This document shows, in pieces, positions 48,980-59,756 of a stretch of DNA of 64,000 nucleotides. The stretch is from Flavobacteriales bacterium (GTDB taxonomy: Bacteria > Bacteroidota > Bacteroidia > Palsa-965): assembly GCA_040377305.1 (NCBI GenBank), contig JBEIPA010000010.1:123960-187959 (forward strand), in the 5' to 3' direction. The stretch's first letter is position 1, and each line of letters begins with the position of its first letter. A model generated the notes under the pieces. The model worked only from the letters and a program-made list of their open reading frames with translations. It made no database searches and had not been told where the DNA came from. A program made the position numbers and the translations under genes.

Positions 48980-50116
48980 GTGAAACGCCTGAGAATAGCA
49001 TACCTAAGTGCTTCTGACCCTACTAATCCACATTCCTGGTCGGGCGTGCACTATTCCGTGATGGGTGAGCTCAAAAAGCATTTCGAAGACGTAACCGCAC
49101 TAGGCCCACACGAGGAAAAAAACATTGTGCTGCAAGGTCGGATCTACTCGTTCTTCCTGAAGAAGCTCCGTGGCAAACGGTTTGATTACTTACACTCGTT
49201 GCGACTTGCCCGTGCTTATGGTGACTACTTCAACGCGCAGTTACAGAAAGGCGAGTATGATGCAGTTGTTGCAGTTGCTGCATCGACAGAGCTTGCGTTC
49301 CTGAAGACAAATCTTCCGGTGTATTACATTGCTGATGCTACATTCGCGAACATGGTTGGCTATTACCCGTTCTACGCTGGTTTAACCAAACGTTCATTGC
49401 GAGAAGCGAACGAAGTACAACAACGTGCACTGGACAAATGCACGAAGCTCATTTTTCCTTCCGACTGGGCTGCTGCTTCTGCATTTCGTGATTACGGTGT
49501 TCCGGAAAACAAACTGAGCGTTGTTCCTTTCGGTGCGAACCTGAAGGATGTTCCCATTGAGCCTGAGATGATTTCGATAAGTGTGGACCAACCTGTGAAT
49601 CTATTGTTTGTTGGTGTCGAGTGGGAACGTAAAGGCGGACCTGTAGCACTGGAAGCATTTAGAGAATTGCGAAAGCGTGGTTACAAAGCGAAGCTCACAA
49701 TCGTAGGAAGTAATCCGCAAGTGAGCGACGAAGGAGTAGAAGTGATTCCGTTTATCGATAAGAAAATTGAAAGCGAAAGAAAGAAGCTGAATGAACTTTT
49801 TGCGAAGGCTCACTTCTTCATTCTTCCAACTAAAGCAGAATGTTTCGGACTCGTATTCTGCGAAGCTTCTGCATTTGGTACACCTTCACTTGCACCCCAC
49901 ACGGGTGGAGTTCCCAGTGTGATATCGCATGGGCAGAATGGTTTTCTTTTCTCGCCGTTCGATACTGCGATTCATTACGCCGACAAGATTGAAGTTCTAA
50001 TGAAGCATCCGGTGGAATATGAAATTCTCAGGAAGAGATGCCGTGCGATTTACGATTCACAACTGAACTGGGATGCCTGGGGAAAAGCCGTTCAGGAGAT
50101 TATCTCAAAAGGCTAA
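48980..50116 (+). CDS. Glycosyltransferase family 4, inverted relative to the cluster
   Basis: [31 protein letters not shown]. Confidence 0.9.
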   Translation: MKRLRIAYLSASDPTNPHSWSGVHYSVMGELKKHFEDVTALGPHEEKNIVLQGRIYSFFLKKLRGKRFDYLHSLRLARAYGDYFNAQLQKGEYDAVVAVAASTELAFLKTNLPVYYIADATFANMVGYYPFYAGLTKRSLREANEVQQRALDKCTKLIFPSDWAAASAFRDYGVPENKLSVVPFGANLKDVPIEPEMISISVDQPVNLLFVGVEWERKGGPVALEAFRELRKRGYKAKLTIVGSNPQVSDEGVEVIPFIDKKIESERKKLNELFAKAHFFILPTKAECFGLVFCEASAFGTPSLAPHTGGVPSVISHGQNGFLFSPFDTAIHYADKIEVLMKHPVEYEILRKRCRAIYDSQLNWDAWGKAVQEIISKG

Positions 50117-51059
50117 AGAGTAATTTGTTCCCGAACTTCTCTGACTCCCGCATCAACTCCTGATTCTCAGCAAATAGTTTTACCATAGCCGGATTGGCCT
50201 CTATTACATGTGTTATGCGCGCCTCGTAAGCGTGAACCCGCAACCAGAGGACAAGCAGTTGCCAGGAGAAAAATCCTAAGTGATTTCGGAAGGTCTTGTA
50301 GTTCGCGTTGTAACAGAGTGCGTGAACAAATCGTAGCGAATCTGTTCCCGACTTCTTCTCATTCGCATTCTTTGCAGATTCTGAATCGTCGTGAACGTTG
50401 AAATCAATTACGGCTTCAGGCACATAGAGAAGTCCGTGAACCGTTGCAATGCGCGCCCAGAATTCGAGATCGCAAATCTGTTTGTATGCTGTATCAAACT
50501 GACCGATTTCTGAAATCACCGAACGGTGAAACATAACAGTGCTCGGCTCTCCAATAAAATTAATGGCGATGTTTCTTGCGCACAGTTCGGATATCTTCTT
50601 CGCTGGAAAATTGCGGACACCCGATGCGACCTTGTCGAGTGTGGTCACCAGCTTTGTGTAATACTCAATCGAATCCGGTGAAGAATTGTCGCCAAAGACG
50701 TAGTTGCGCTTAGCAGCAATCAACTTCACGCCCGGTGTTGCAGCAGCAAACATGTTTTCTAATGCATCCGGATGCAAGCGATCATCCTGAAAAAGAAACT
50801 TAATCCATTCGCGACTGCTGAGCTCTATACATTTATTCCAGTTCCCCACGAGTCCGAAGTTCTGTTCATTCTGAAAGACCTTGATACGCGCATCCTTCAA
50901 TGCATATTCCCGCGCTATCGCCAGTGAATTGTCCGAAGAACGATCATCGCATACAATGATTTCCACCTGCATCGCTGTGGCACATGCCGAATCCAAACAA
51001 CCGCGCAACCATTTGGCGCCATTGTAAACCGGAATGCAGATGCTAATCGATGGAATCAT
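50100..51059 (-). CDS. Glycosyltransferase family 2
   Basis: CIPVYNG, DDRSSD, GLVGNWN, QDD, IGEPS. Confidence 0.92.
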   Translation of the reverse strand: MIPSISICIPVYNGAKWLRGCLDSACATAMQVEIIVCDDRSSDNSLAIAREYALKDARIKVFQNEQNFGLVGNWNKCIELSSREWIKFLFQDDRLHPDALENMFAAATPGVKLIAAKRNYVFGDNSSPDSIEYYTKLVTTLDKVASGVRNFPAKKISELCARNIAINFIGEPSTVMFHRSVISEIGQFDTAYKQICDLEFWARIATVHGLLYVPEAVIDFNVHDDSESAKNANEKKSGTDSLRFVHALCYNANYKTFRNHLGFFSWQLLVLWLRVHAYEARITHVIEANPAMVKLFAENQELMRESEKFGNKLLFSLLR

Positions 51060-51838
51060 TTCGCGAGCGTCCAGTGAGATGAACCTTGTTTGGAATGTGA
51101 AACGTAATACAAATTCTCTTCGCCGGGATCCGATGAATTTTCATACCAGGGCATGTGATACGCCATATATGGTTCTCCTGTGCGATACGCCTTCCCTACC
51201 CAGATCGAACCATTCGTAAATGGACGATACAATGCAAAGGTTGTGTCTACTCCCGCATCGTAAATGCCGGAAGAAACTTCCTTCATCCAGAATTGCTTCT
51301 CCCACGCAATCACTTCATCACGCTTGGTATAATGTGCAGGCAAATCATCAATCTTGAGTCCAACACCAATCTTATCGATGTTGGGATACTTTTCGAGTTG
51401 TTTCAATAAATGCGCAATCAAATCTTTCGGACATTCGTTTGAAGGAACAACGTCGGGATCGGAATACACGTAAAACTTGTCCTTGACTTCATTATACAAC
51501 TCACTCTTCCACAAGGCGAGATATCCAACATTATCACCAAGCTTTACAACGCGATGTTTCGTCTCTGCATAGTACTTCAGAAGAGGCGGATATGCGGAAT
51601 TGTTATCAAGGATAATTATGTTTTCTGCTCCGGCATTCTCCAGCCAGGTAATGAGTTGAAGCAAGTAAGTATAGCGATTCCGGTTGTTGATGATGATAGG
51701 AATTCGTTTCACATTCACTGCCGAAATGCTCTCTCCCTGCGATTTACGCTTCTGAATACTGCGCAGTTTGTCCCAGCGAACTTTGAATGAACTAAAGTTC
51801 AGCGTGACAACATCTTTTATGAGCTGCGCGTAGTCCAT
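51056..51838 (-). CDS. GT-A fold glycosyltransferase (GT2-like)
   Basis: IIINNRNR, LDNNSAYPPL, SDPD (DxD), DTTFALY, HMPWY. Confidence 0.8.
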   Translation of the reverse strand: MDYAQLIKDVVTLNFSSFKVRWDKLRSIQKRKSQGESISAVNVKRIPIIINNRNRYTYLLQLITWLENAGAENIIILDNNSAYPPLLKYYAETKHRVVKLGDNVGYLALWKSELYNEVKDKFYVYSDPDVVPSNECPKDLIAHLLKQLEKYPNIDKIGVGLKIDDLPAHYTKRDEVIAWEKQFWMKEVSSGIYDAGVDTTFALYRPFTNGSIWVGKAYRTGEPYMAYHMPWYENSSDPGEENLYYVSHSKQGSSHWTLAK

Positions 51839-52654
51839 TTATGATTTACGCAAACGGTTATACATCAACAATCCGAAATTCGTTAATTCGCGAACAACGG
51901 GAATTCCGCTCACTGATTCTTTGATACGCACCGAACGAGGCTTACGTTTCTGGACTTCGGCTTCTGCAGCTTCAATTTTATCTAACGGAAAATACTTGAG
52001 CTGCGCCCGACGACGTTCTTCATCGTGTTTCTTTTTGTTGGCCGGATCAGAACCAACTCCTGCAGTATTAAAAACCGATACCGGTGTTGGAATGTATTGT
52101 GTTGTACATTTTTTCACCAATAGCATTTCGAGAAAGAAATCGTAGTCGGCAACAATTCGGAATGACTCGTCGTAACCATTTCGTTCAACGAGCAACTGTC
52201 GCTTGATAAATGCTGCCGGATGAAACAAGGTTGTATAAATCATATCCTCAAACGAGAAAGGATCGTGCTGACCCAGTCTATACAAAGGATCGCTTCCATT
52301 ATCGACGAGAATATCGCCGTAAATAATTTCGGATGGATTAGCATGGGTGAATACAGTCGAAAGCACTTTGCTGTCTGCCAGATAATCTCCGGAATTCAGA
52401 AACAGGCAATAGTCGCCCGACGCCATTTTCCATCCTTTATTCTGGGCATTGTATATACCGCCGTCCTTTTCCGAAACCCACTTTGTGAATGATGAAGCGT
52501 TCTGTTTGATGAAGTCAGCACTACCGTCGGTTGAGGCTCCATCTACAATGATGTGTTCGTAGTCCGAAAAATCCTGAGCCTTCACGCTCTCCACAGTTTT
52601 CATCAACCCCGCAAGGTCGTTGTAACAGATGGTGATGATTGAAAGCTTCGGCAT
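51839..52654 (-). CDS. Glycosyltransferase family 2 (WcaE-like)
   Basis: IVDGASTDG, SEKDGGIYNAQNKG, FLNSGD, ADYD. Confidence 0.92.
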   Translation of the reverse strand: MPKLSIITICYNDLAGLMKTVESVKAQDFSDYEHIIVDGASTDGSADFIKQNASSFTKWVSEKDGGIYNAQNKGWKMASGDYCLFLNSGDYLADSKVLSTVFTHANPSEIIYGDILVDNGSDPLYRLGQHDPFSFEDMIYTTLFHPAAFIKRQLLVERNGYDESFRIVADYDFFLEMLLVKKCTTQYIPTPVSVFNTAGVGSDPANKKKHDEERRRAQLKYFPLDKIEAAEAEVQKRKPRSVRIKESVSGIPVVRELTNFGLLMYNRLRKS

Positions 52655-52655
52655 G

Positions 52656-53741
52656 TTAGAAGCGGTTCATGACATCGATCACGCGTTCGATGTCCTGTTT
52701 CGAATGACAGGTAGAAATGGGCAGACTCAATTCCGTACGATGAATCTCTTCGGAAATCGGAAGAGAATATTGATCCCAGATTCCTTTCATTGCAACTTGC
52801 TTGTGAGGCGCAACCGGGTAATGAACATCGGTCTTGATTTCATTCTTCAGCAGATATTCTTTCAACGCATCGCGCTTTTCGTGACGAATGGCATAGATAT
52901 GAAAAACGTCGAAGTAACCCTCCTGCACAACTGGCTTAATGAAATCCGATTTCAATTCACCATTGTACATTTCAGCCAGGGTGCGCTTGTGCGTGTTGAT
53001 AGCATCAAGTGCTTTCAACTTCACAGAAAGAAAGGCAGCTTGAATTTCATCGAGTCGGGAGTTGAATCCCACAACCTCGTTGTAATACTTCACTTTCGAA
53101 CCATAGTTGCGCAGCATGGAAATTCTTTCTGCAAGAGCGTCCGAATTACAAGTAAGAGCGCCCGCATCGGCGAGTGCTCCCATGTTTTTTGTCGGATAAA
53201 AACTGAACGCGCCGTAGTCGCCCCAATTTCCCGCTTTCTTTCCTGCTACATGAGCTCCGTGAGCCTGTGCACAATCTTCAACCACTTTCAGCTTGTGTTT
53301 CTTCGCAATCGACATGACTGCATCCATGTCGCACATCTTCCCGTATAAATGAACTGGAAGAATAGCTCTTGTTTTCGAAGTGATCTTCTCTTCTATGTGC
53401 TTTGGATCGATGTTATACGTTGTTGCATCAGGCTCTACCGGAATCGGAACAAGTCCATTATGCAATATGGCAAGAATGGTTGCAATGTAGGTGTTCGAAG
53501 GAACGAGTACTTCATCTCCCGGTTTCAACTCAATGCTTCTCAAAGCAAGAATTAACGCATCAAGTCCGTTTGCTACGCCGATGCAATGTTTCGTGCCGCA
53601 ATAATTTGCGAATTCACCTTCAAACTGCTTGACTTTGTTGCCGAGAATAAACCAACCGCTGTCGAGCACAGCACGGAATTCCTTTTCGTATTCTGCAACG
53701 AATGGTTCGTTTACTTTCCGGAGATTTTCGTAATCGATCAT
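52656..53741 (-). CDS. DegT family aminotransferase, FdtB/QdtB-like
   Basis: [38 protein letters not shown]; adjacent to an FdtA-like gene. Confidence 0.92.
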   Translation of the reverse strand: MIDYENLRKVNEPFVAEYEKEFRAVLDSGWFILGNKVKQFEGEFANYCGTKHCIGVANGLDALILALRSIELKPGDEVLVPSNTYIATILAILHNGLVPIPVEPDATTYNIDPKHIEEKITSKTRAILPVHLYGKMCDMDAVMSIAKKHKLKVVEDCAQAHGAHVAGKKAGNWGDYGAFSFYPTKNMGALADAGALTCNSDALAERISMLRNYGSKVKYYNEVVGFNSRLDEIQAAFLSVKLKALDAINTHKRTLAEMYNGELKSDFIKPVVQEGYFDVFHIYAIRHEKRDALKEYLLKNEIKTDVHYPVAPHKQVAMKGIWDQYSLPISEEIHRTELSLPISTCHSKQDIERVIDVMNRF

Positions 53742-54112
53742 TTCTTCTCTGGATATGGTTCGAAAATATAATCGGCTGGATCAAATGGCTCCGATGCGAA
53801 GACCATGAAAATGGCATCAGGAGTAAAATGGTGCATGGTATGCCAATCTTTCTGCTCAAGGATGAGACATTTGTCGGGTGAGTCCATCACGAAATCCTCC
53901 TGCTTTTCTCCATCGTTGTTTGAAACGATACATGATCCTCGCAGGCATACAGCAGCCTGAACAGTTTTGTGATGGCGATGACCACCGCGTACAGAATCAT
54001 CGACACCGTAGATATAAAATATACGCTTGATGTCGAACGGAATTACTTTCTCAATAACCGTAAGATTACCGCGCGCATCACAAAATGTTTTTAAGCTGAT
54101 CAGTCTGGCCAT
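53738..54112 (-). CDS. dTDP-sugar 3,4-ketoisomerase, FdtA/QdtA-like cupin
   Basis: [27 protein letters not shown]-like FASE..DY. Confidence 0.9.
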   Translation of the reverse strand: MARLISLKTFCDARGNLTVIEKVIPFDIKRIFYIYGVDDSVRGGHRHHKTVQAAVCLRGSCIVSNNDGEKQEDFVMDSPDKCLILEQKDWHTMHHFTPDAIFMVFASEPFDPADYIFEPYPEKK

Positions 54113-54115
54113 ATA

Positions 54116-55162
54116 CTAACGGAATCTATTGAGTGAATAAAACGGATGGTGGCGCTTTCTACTGTCCATGACACGTCCGCTCAGGTTTCTAAGTGATTCC
54201 TTTACCGATGCAAGATAGTAGTATAGCCAGACTTTTGCTCCCCAATCTCCAACTGCTGCAGTACCGGAGTTTCCATGTGGATTGAATTCTGCACCGTTCT
54301 TCCGGATTTCATTTCCCTCTTGCAATAAACGACGCACGTACGGGAAGAAAATATTTTGCTTCCACGACGATTTCACATCATAGATCACAGTTGTAATTCC
54401 AACAATATCATCGTTAAAGAATTTCAACCCGTGAAAATGAAAGAACACCAGTGGACGTGAAACTTTGTCTGATTGATGACGCACCATTGGCTTTCCATTC
54501 ACCATGTCGAGATGATATTGCTGAATATTCCAGGGGGCAACACCTCCTCCCCTATTCTCAAGTACGTGAACTCCTTCGTATTTCGATTGCCATGAATCCA
54601 GATACTTCTGATCGCCGAATTTTCCATCTTCCACACGATCATAACACCACGTAATGCAATCGTTACGCCAGTCGCGAAGACATTGCATTCCATTTTGTGT
54701 GTTCCGAAAGAAGACAAACTGTACGCAATATTTTCCGGACTCTACAGATTGATCATACTGTGGCGAATACCAATGATCAGTAATGAGCACATCCTTACCG
54801 TTCACTTCCTGCAAGAGCAAATTGGGATCGTGATAAAATTCCATGTCTGAGTCGACGTACGTACAATGCTCCAGTCCGAATTTTTCAATCGAATACAAAA
54901 TCGTTGATGCCGTGCACGTCCAGCAATATTCTCCCGCACTACGCGTGGGTTTTACACGAAGCAATTCCGGATCTTCAAATTCTTTGAGACCAATCACTGT
55001 CATCTTCGGAAATTGCTGCTTCTTCAGATAGTGCTCGCATTGTTCATCGAAAGCAAAGACATACAGATGAAATTCTGCGCAAGTCTTTTCCAGGGAATGG
55101 TACAACACCATTCCCCTCGAGAGGTAAGCGGAATTGAAAAGTGTACAGAAATTCGCTACCAT
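54116..55162 (-). CDS. Putative glycosyltransferase
   Basis: FCTLFN, EYCWTCT, YVDSD (DxD), FGDQKYLD, APWN, FFHFH. Confidence 0.8.
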   Translation of the reverse strand: MVANFCTLFNSAYLSRGMVLYHSLEKTCAEFHLYVFAFDEQCEHYLKKQQFPKMTVIGLKEFEDPELLRVKPTRSAGEYCWTCTASTILYSIEKFGLEHCTYVDSDMEFYHDPNLLLQEVNGKDVLITDHWYSPQYDQSVESGKYCVQFVFFRNTQNGMQCLRDWRNDCITWCYDRVEDGKFGDQKYLDSWQSKYEGVHVLENRGGGVAPWNIQQYHLDMVNGKPMVRHQSDKVSRPLVFFHFHGLKFFNDDIVGITTVIYDVKSSWKQNIFFPYVRRLLQEGNEIRKNGAEFNPHGNSGTAAVGDWGAKVWLYYYLASVKESLRNLSGRVMDSRKRHHPFYSLNRFR

Positions 55163-55981
55163 CTATTTATTTTTTTCGAGGATGTAACCTCTCCATTCGG
55201 TCATACGGCCAGCGACTTCACGCCCAGGAACAACATCGGTGGTATACTTTTCCTTTAATGAATATCCGGGGAACCAGTTCAACATTTCAGTCTCGTTGAA
55301 AATGTGACAGGGATAAGACGCTTCGTAAATCGCGGGTGGAACATTCTGCACGGTAATCATGGAATTACCTTCCAGTACAACCGGCGTAGTTTCAATGATG
55401 ATGCGTTCGTATGAATGTTCGAGCAGTGCGGCAACAATTGCATTCGGATTCTCCACATAATGCAAAACGCTCAGCAACATCAAAACATTCATCCCAGAAC
55501 AGGAGTCGGCATTGATTTCACTGTGGAATTTCAATGATGCGTCTGCAAGTAATTGATTTCCCCGCTGCGCATAATGCTCTTGTTCAATCACATGCCAATT
55601 CAACTTGATCGCCGGCAGAAGATGCTTGTACAAAAAGTAAGCACTTGCGGGTCCACCGCCGAAGTCCACTACATTCAGTTGTCCACCGTGATTTGTGGCC
55701 ACATCCTTAAGTGTTCTGAACGTTGGCTGTGGATACTCGGGCTTACGGAATAACATACCGTCGCGCTCGAACAATGCTTCACCCGATTTCACTTTCTGTG
55801 CTGCGGAGAAAACTTTCTCGGCGATTGCACCTGCATCATATCCGGTGGAATGCTCTTGCGCCTCCTTCCAGGTTGAATAACTTCCGTGCCAACCATATTT
55901 ACTATCGTCTACAGGACCCGTCCACCACTTTCTGAATGAAGGTGGTAGCGAATTCCACACGGTATTTTTCAATCGCGACAT
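55163..55981 (-). CDS. Putative methyltransferase (TIGR04325-like)
   Basis: W..A...GYD, FERDG, VVDFGG, ITVQNVPPAIYEASYP. Confidence 0.8.
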   Translation of the reverse strand: MSRLKNTVWNSLPPSFRKWWTGPVDDSKYGWHGSYSTWKEAQEHSTGYDAGAIAEKVFSAAQKVKSGEALFERDGMLFRKPEYPQPTFRTLKDVATNHGGQLNVVDFGGGPASAYFLYKHLLPAIKLNWHVIEQEHYAQRGNQLLADASLKFHSEINADSCSGMNVLMLLSVLHYVENPNAIVAALLEHSYERIIIETTPVVLEGNSMITVQNVPPAIYEASYPCHIFNETEMLNWFPGYSLKEKYTTDVVPGREVAGRMTEWRGYILEKNK

Positions 55982-56898
55982 TAGCGGGAGAAAAAGTTTC
56001 TGAACTTATTAATCAGCCCGTTGCTGATCGGTGTTTTTCTCAGCTCCCGGAAGAAACGTTCAATGGCCGCACGAGCCTCCAAATTTTCTTCAACCGGAAT
56101 TGCTTCCACTTTCGGATGAAAATCATTTGCACCGGTATCCCACTTCTCCGATGTTCCACTGTTTATGCCGCTTCCATCAAATCCAATATTGCGAACCATG
56201 GATTTACCAGGATACAATGTGAATTTGCCGGCGAGATATGCAGATGCATACCAACGAATTGCCCACGAGTCGATCTTGCCTTCTACCTGATCGAGCAACA
56301 TCTGAACGTACGGGTACGAGTGATTGAATTCGAAATGATCTTTGCTACCGCACTGTTCAATATCAACCAACAACAGGGATGCATCGTAGCGGAAATGTTG
56401 CCATCCACGACTCCACGTTGCCCAGGCAATGCAGTCGGCTCCGCGCAGAAAAAATGTATCGGGCAGTTTATTTTCGAAAGGATACAGATAACCCGCGATG
56501 GAAATTACGTCTTCGTTCTTCTCGTAAAGATTCAACGCGCTATTCATGTATTCGAGAAAATATTTCGAGCACACGGCATCGTCTTCGAGCACAATGACTC
56601 TTCCGTGGATAGAGAGAACATCTTCGACGCCACTGGTAACGGACTTTGCTAATCCACGATTTGCTTCCGCAGCAACAACATGCACTGTTCCGCACCATTT
56701 TCTTTCTCCGGCAACAGCCCGAACTTCTTCAATATTCTTTCGGGTTTCTGGTGTAGCATCTGATTTGGGACCATCGCAATACACGTAAAGGACAGAGGCC
56801 GATGATTCCGCGTTCCGCTCGAGCGACTCCAGTACTTTGCGCAGGTGATCGGGCCTGTTATAGGCAAACACAATTACCGGTGCCAGTTCTGCGCTCAT
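55981..56898 (-). CDS. GT-A fold glycosyltransferase
   Basis: FAYNRPDH, DGP, N.GLA, VLEDD, WATW, DSWAIRW, NIGFDGSG; start at ATG 56898 (ATGA overlap). Confidence 0.85.
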   Translation of the reverse strand: MSAELAPVIVFAYNRPDHLRKVLESLERNAESSASVLYVYCDGPKSDATPETRKNIEEVRAVAGERKWCGTVHVVAAEANRGLAKSVTSGVEDVLSIHGRVIVLEDDAVCSKYFLEYMNSALNLYEKNEDVISIAGYLYPFENKLPDTFFLRGADCIAWATWSRGWQHFRYDASLLLVDIEQCGSKDHFEFNHSYPYVQMLLDQVEGKIDSWAIRWYASAYLAGKFTLYPGKSMVRNIGFDGSGINSGTSEKWDTGANDFHPKVEAIPVEENLEARAAIERFFRELRKTPISNGLINKFRNFFSR

Positions 56899-57611
56899 TT
56901 CTTTCTCCAGATTCCTGTTTGCGTGAACCACGTACAATACGGAGCAGGTCCTTTTTGGTTGCTGACTAAATCGTAGTGCGTGGAAAGAATTTCCTTGAAT
57001 GCGATGAAGTAATAGTCGCGATCAGAATTATCGATGATAAGCCAGCCGCCCTTTTTCAATTTCGGCAATGCGTGTTTGGTGCAGGAAGGACGTGCACGAC
57101 CGTCGACAATTATGATATCGAAACTTTCGTTTTCGAACTGATCAATGAACGAAGCATACTTCTTAAAATTCTTCCCTTTGAAATTTTCATCGTCCGAAAC
57201 GTAAGCGTCCGGATCGCCAATTGCACCAGTACCGCCTTCTTCTGCCGTTACCAGATTGCCGTTCCAATTCGTAATGCCTTTCTTGTGAATTGCCGCACTC
57301 ATATCGCGGAACCAGTTTGTATCGTGTTCAACGGTCACCACGAGGCCAGCATGATTAGCGAAGTAGACCGATGAACCGCCACCGCCAAATTCAAATACGC
57401 GCATGGATTTATTCACGAAGCGATTCAGGAAGTCAATTGCTTCGTAAGTAAGCCACGGAACTTCATCCGTCATCGTACTACGTCCTTCTGATTGTGACGA
57501 CTTCCACGAATCATAATAGCCACTGAAACGCTTCCGCAATTCCGGAGTAGCTTCGATTTTTTCGAGCTCCTCGTTCCAAATGCGGCGATATTTACTGAAG
57601 CTCCTGATCAT
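56895..57611 (-). CDS. Class I SAM-dependent methyltransferase
   Basis: PWLTY, VFEFGGGGSS, VEHD, FDIIIVDGRAR, LKKGG..IDN. Confidence 0.85.
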   Translation of the reverse strand: MIRSFSKYRRIWNEELEKIEATPELRKRFSGYYDSWKSSQSEGRSTMTDEVPWLTYEAIDFLNRFVNKSMRVFEFGGGGSSVYFANHAGLVVTVEHDTNWFRDMSAAIHKKGITNWNGNLVTAEEGGTGAIGDPDAYVSDDENFKGKNFKKYASFIDQFENESFDIIIVDGRARPSCTKHALPKLKKGGWLIIDNSDRDYYFIAFKEILSTHYDLVSNQKGPAPYCTWFTQTGIWRKK

Positions 57612-58834
57612 TTGATATCGAATCGGTGATCAACACAAATATATCCTTGTCCGTCGGGCGGCATTTTTCCTGTATTGTAAAAATCACCCGCGTCCACGTT
57701 CATCATCACGGCATCCTGAATCCAATCGGCAACTTCTCCGTTCGAACTCGCAAACAAAGTGAGTCCGTACGTTCCTTGCTTCATGGGCAAACGGGGAATG
57801 ATCACATTCACACTGACCTCGGCTCCGCTCACATTGGTAATCTGTCCGGTTACTTCACTGCTCAACAGAGCAATTCTATTCCCGAGATTATCATCAATAC
57901 CCACCGAAATCATCAAACCATTTACGGTCGATTTACCGGGATTACTCAGTTGCAATTCAATGCGGCCTTCTTGTCCGCAGGTTAACGCACTTACTTCATT
58001 TCCGTTTGCATCGCGTAAAGCCAATGAAGTGAAACGAACTTTCCCGTTTCCGTTTCGATCTTCCCGCACAGCGAGATTTGCAGCAGCCGGACCTTGCGCA
58101 GCACGCATATAAGTTCCAATCACCTGTTCTGCCGGACCGGATTCGACCAACTTTCCATTCTGCAGATAAATGGCGCGCTCACACAAATGCTGAACAGCCG
58201 CCATGTTATGACTCACGAGAATAACCGTGCGACCTGTTCCTGCAACGTCTTTCATTTTGCCGAGACACTTGCGTTGAAATTCTGCATCACCTACGGCCAG
58301 TACTTCATCTACAATCAGAATTTCCGGTTCCAGATGTGCTGCAACCGCAAATGCCAATCGAACGTACATGCCCGATGAATAACGCTTCACTGGTGTATCG
58401 AGAAATTTTTCTACTTCAGAAAATGCAACAATCTCGTCAAACTTCGATTTGATTTCTGCCTTCGTCATTCCGAGGATAGATCCGTTCAGAAAAATATTCT
58501 CCCGTCCGCTGAGCTCAGGGTGAAAACCTGTTCCAACTTCGAGTAAGCTTGCAATTCGTCCGCGCAATTCGACACGACCTGTTGTAGGTTTCACAATCCG
58601 GCTCAACACTTTCAGCAGCGTACTCTTACCTGCACCGTTGCGACCAATAATTCCAACACGTTCTCCTTGCTGAATTTCGAAATTGAGACTCTGCAATGCC
58701 CAGAATTCTTCCTTCGTGCCCTTCGAACGGAATACGCTTGAAAGTGAATCGGACAAAGTAGAATACGATCGACTTCCTTCTTTGCGAAGGACATATCGTT
58801 TACCGACGTTCTCAACTTTGATCGCCGCGCTCAT
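57608..58834 (-). CDS. wzt: Glycan ABC transporter ATP-binding subunit with Wzt_C domain
   Basis: GRNGAGKST, YSSGM, DEVLAVGD, plus a C-terminal carbohydrate-binding extension. Confidence 0.93.
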   Translation of the reverse strand: MSAAIKVENVGKRYVLRKEGSRSYSTLSDSLSSVFRSKGTKEEFWALQSLNFEIQQGERVGIIGRNGAGKSTLLKVLSRIVKPTTGRVELRGRIASLLEVGTGFHPELSGRENIFLNGSILGMTKAEIKSKFDEIVAFSEVEKFLDTPVKRYSSGMYVRLAFAVAAHLEPEILIVDEVLAVGDAEFQRKCLGKMKDVAGTGRTVILVSHNMAAVQHLCERAIYLQNGKLVESGPAEQVIGTYMRAAQGPAAANLAVREDRNGNGKVRFTSLALRDANGNEVSALTCGQEGRIELQLSNPGKSTVNGLMISVGIDDNLGNRIALLSSEVTGQITNVSGAEVSVNVIIPRLPMKQGTYGLTLFASSNGEVADWIQDAVMMNVDAGDFYNTGKMPPDGQGYICVDHRFDIK

Positions 58835-59667
58835 ATAATATCTGCAAAAGTTGATTCAACACGACGGAAATACCAAACTCCGACAATCAACATGAGGAAT
58901 GTCATGCCTAGTGAAAGCATAAGCCCGGTTTGATTCACGATGAAGGGTGTGTCGAGTAAGCTCCAACGGAATCCGTCGATCACAGCCACCATTGGATTGA
59001 GTGAGTATAAGTTCTTCACAAAATCCGGGTAATCGCTTTCATACACCTGCGTGCTACTGATCGCAATCGGAGAAATGAAAAGCCCAAGCTGGATGATGAA
59101 AGGAACTACGTACCTGAAGTCGCGGTACTTGACATTCAATGCTGCGAGAAAAAGTCCTGTACCTATAGCAGCTAACAGCGCAAGCAAAATAAAAGCGGGA
59201 ATGAAAATAATATTGGATGAGGGAACTTCACCGAAATAAATCATGACTCCGGCGAGAATCAGCAAAGACAACAAAAAATCGACGAGGCAGACGATGATGG
59301 TGCTCAGTGGAACAATGATGCGCGGAAAATAAACCTTGGTGAGCAGGCTGGAATTCGCAACGAGTGACCCGCTTGATTCACCTAGTGCTGTTGCAAAAAG
59401 CTGCCACGGAATTGTAGCAACGGAAACAAGGATGATAACGTCTTCAAGCGGTATGGTTGTGTCAAACATGTACCTGAAGAAACTGAACACCACGATCGTC
59501 AGCAACGGACGAATTACTGCCCATGCAACGCCGATGAAAGTTTGCTTGTAGCGCACCAATAAATCGCGCCACGCGAGAAATGTGAAGAGCCCGCGATAAC
59601 GCCAAACGTCCCTCCAGTATCCCCGGTCGGAACGTTCAGCATCAACTATGACGAGTGGTTGCTCCAT
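58831..59667 (-). CDS. wzm: Glycan ABC transporter permease
   Basis: RYKQTFIGVAW, KVYFPR, YRD, LNP, FADII. Confidence 0.93.
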   Translation of the reverse strand: MEQPLVIVDAERSDRGYWRDVWRYRGLFTFLAWRDLLVRYKQTFIGVAWAVIRPLLTIVVFSFFRYMFDTTIPLEDVIILVSVATIPWQLFATALGESSGSLVANSSLLTKVYFPRIIVPLSTIIVCLVDFLLSLLILAGVMIYFGEVPSSNIIFIPAFILLALLAAIGTGLFLAALNVKYRDFRYVVPFIIQLGLFISPIAISSTQVYESDYPDFVKNLYSLNPMVAVIDGFRWSLLDTPFIVNQTGLMLSLGMTFLMLIVGVWYFRRVESTFADII

Positions 59668-59670
59668 TTT

Positions 59671-59756
59671 CAGTCTACAGTAATGCAGTAGTCCAGTTGG
59701 CAGTATATGTTCGATAGTCGTTCGACTGCCGTCTGCCCTACTGCTTACTGCCTACT
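59671..59756. repeat. Inverted heptamer arrays (CAGTAGG/TACTGCC family)
   Basis: CAGTAGT CCAGTTGG CAGT on the left; CTGCCC TACTGCT TACTGCC TACT on the right. Confidence 0.7.

Noticed and set aside
52629-56652. Long plus-strand ORFs 52629-53348 and 55936-56652
   Set aside because: Antisense shadows of well-supported glycan genes
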